Source: Antedon mediterranea (lineage: Eukaryota; Animalia; Echinodermata). Taken from it: a stretch of 64,000 nucleotides of DNA. The stretch lies in NCBI RefSeq assembly GCF_964355755.1, contig NC_092674.1, positions 17,732,001 to 17,796,000 of the forward strand. The letters are read 5' to 3'. Shown in pieces: positions 63,747 through 64,000 of the stretch. The position numbers were made by a program, and so were the translations under genes. The notes beneath the pieces are model-generated. The model ran no database searches. It was not told where the DNA came from and was given only the letters and a program-made list of their open reading frames with translations. Within the stretch, counting starts at the first letter, position 1, and every line of letters starts with the position of its first letter.

Positions 63747-64000
63747 AAAATGCACTGATGAAGGGCTAATGTTGCCCGAAAGCTCTGCTAACTTTTCTGG
63801 CTGTTTACTTTATCGTTTTGATAGCTTTTCGCTTTTTATTTTTGTATCTCCATTGAGATCCAGCCACTGATACCCACAGCATTGTCATTTTTTTCAGTAA
63901 TTTGCCTTTATAAATCCAAAGGCAAATTACTGAAAAAAATGACAAGTGCAAGTGAAGGAATTTGGATAAGGTCATAGTATAAAGCTGGCAAGTGCTGCCT
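63747..64000. mobile_element. Tail-to-tail Penelope pLTR fragments next to (TA)n
   Basis: 28-bp inverted arms ttgtcatttttttcagtaatttgccttt / aaaggcaaattactgaaaaaaatgacaa (63881-63946); the same tail occurs at 43444-43490. Confidence 0.65.
63752..63788 (+). ncRNA. Minimal type I hammerhead ribozyme (Penelope-type)
   Basis: gca CTGATGA a gggc-taatgtt-gccc GAAA gc TC tgc; palindromic AGCT stem III. Confidence 0.7.

Overview
AT-rich animal genomic DNA (invertebrate-like; taxon not determinable from sequence alone). The only host gene I can support is gephyrin: three short + strand G-domain (MogA-like) coding exons at 23866-23926, 24360-24449 and 37057-37151, with canonical AG/GT borders and compatible phases. 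The rest appears to be gephyrin intron filled with nested transposons. These include a decayed full-length CR1 sitting inside an older L2 RT, Gypsy relics, a Naiad-type Penelope element with a canonical hammerhead ribozyme, a second minimal hammerhead, an intron-containing CMC/EnSpm transposase, Academ-like relics, many MITEs with visible TIRs/TSDs, and a five-deep nest of Helentron-like (HINE) elements. I found no convincing new host system. The best leads are an in-frame L2-APE/Penelope RT-GIY-YIG junction, a near-perfect 320-bp inverted repeat starting at +6 of a gephyrin splice donor, the self-targeting HINE stack and a templated 0.6-kb insertion inside a MITE. All calls come from reading by eye; no searches were run.
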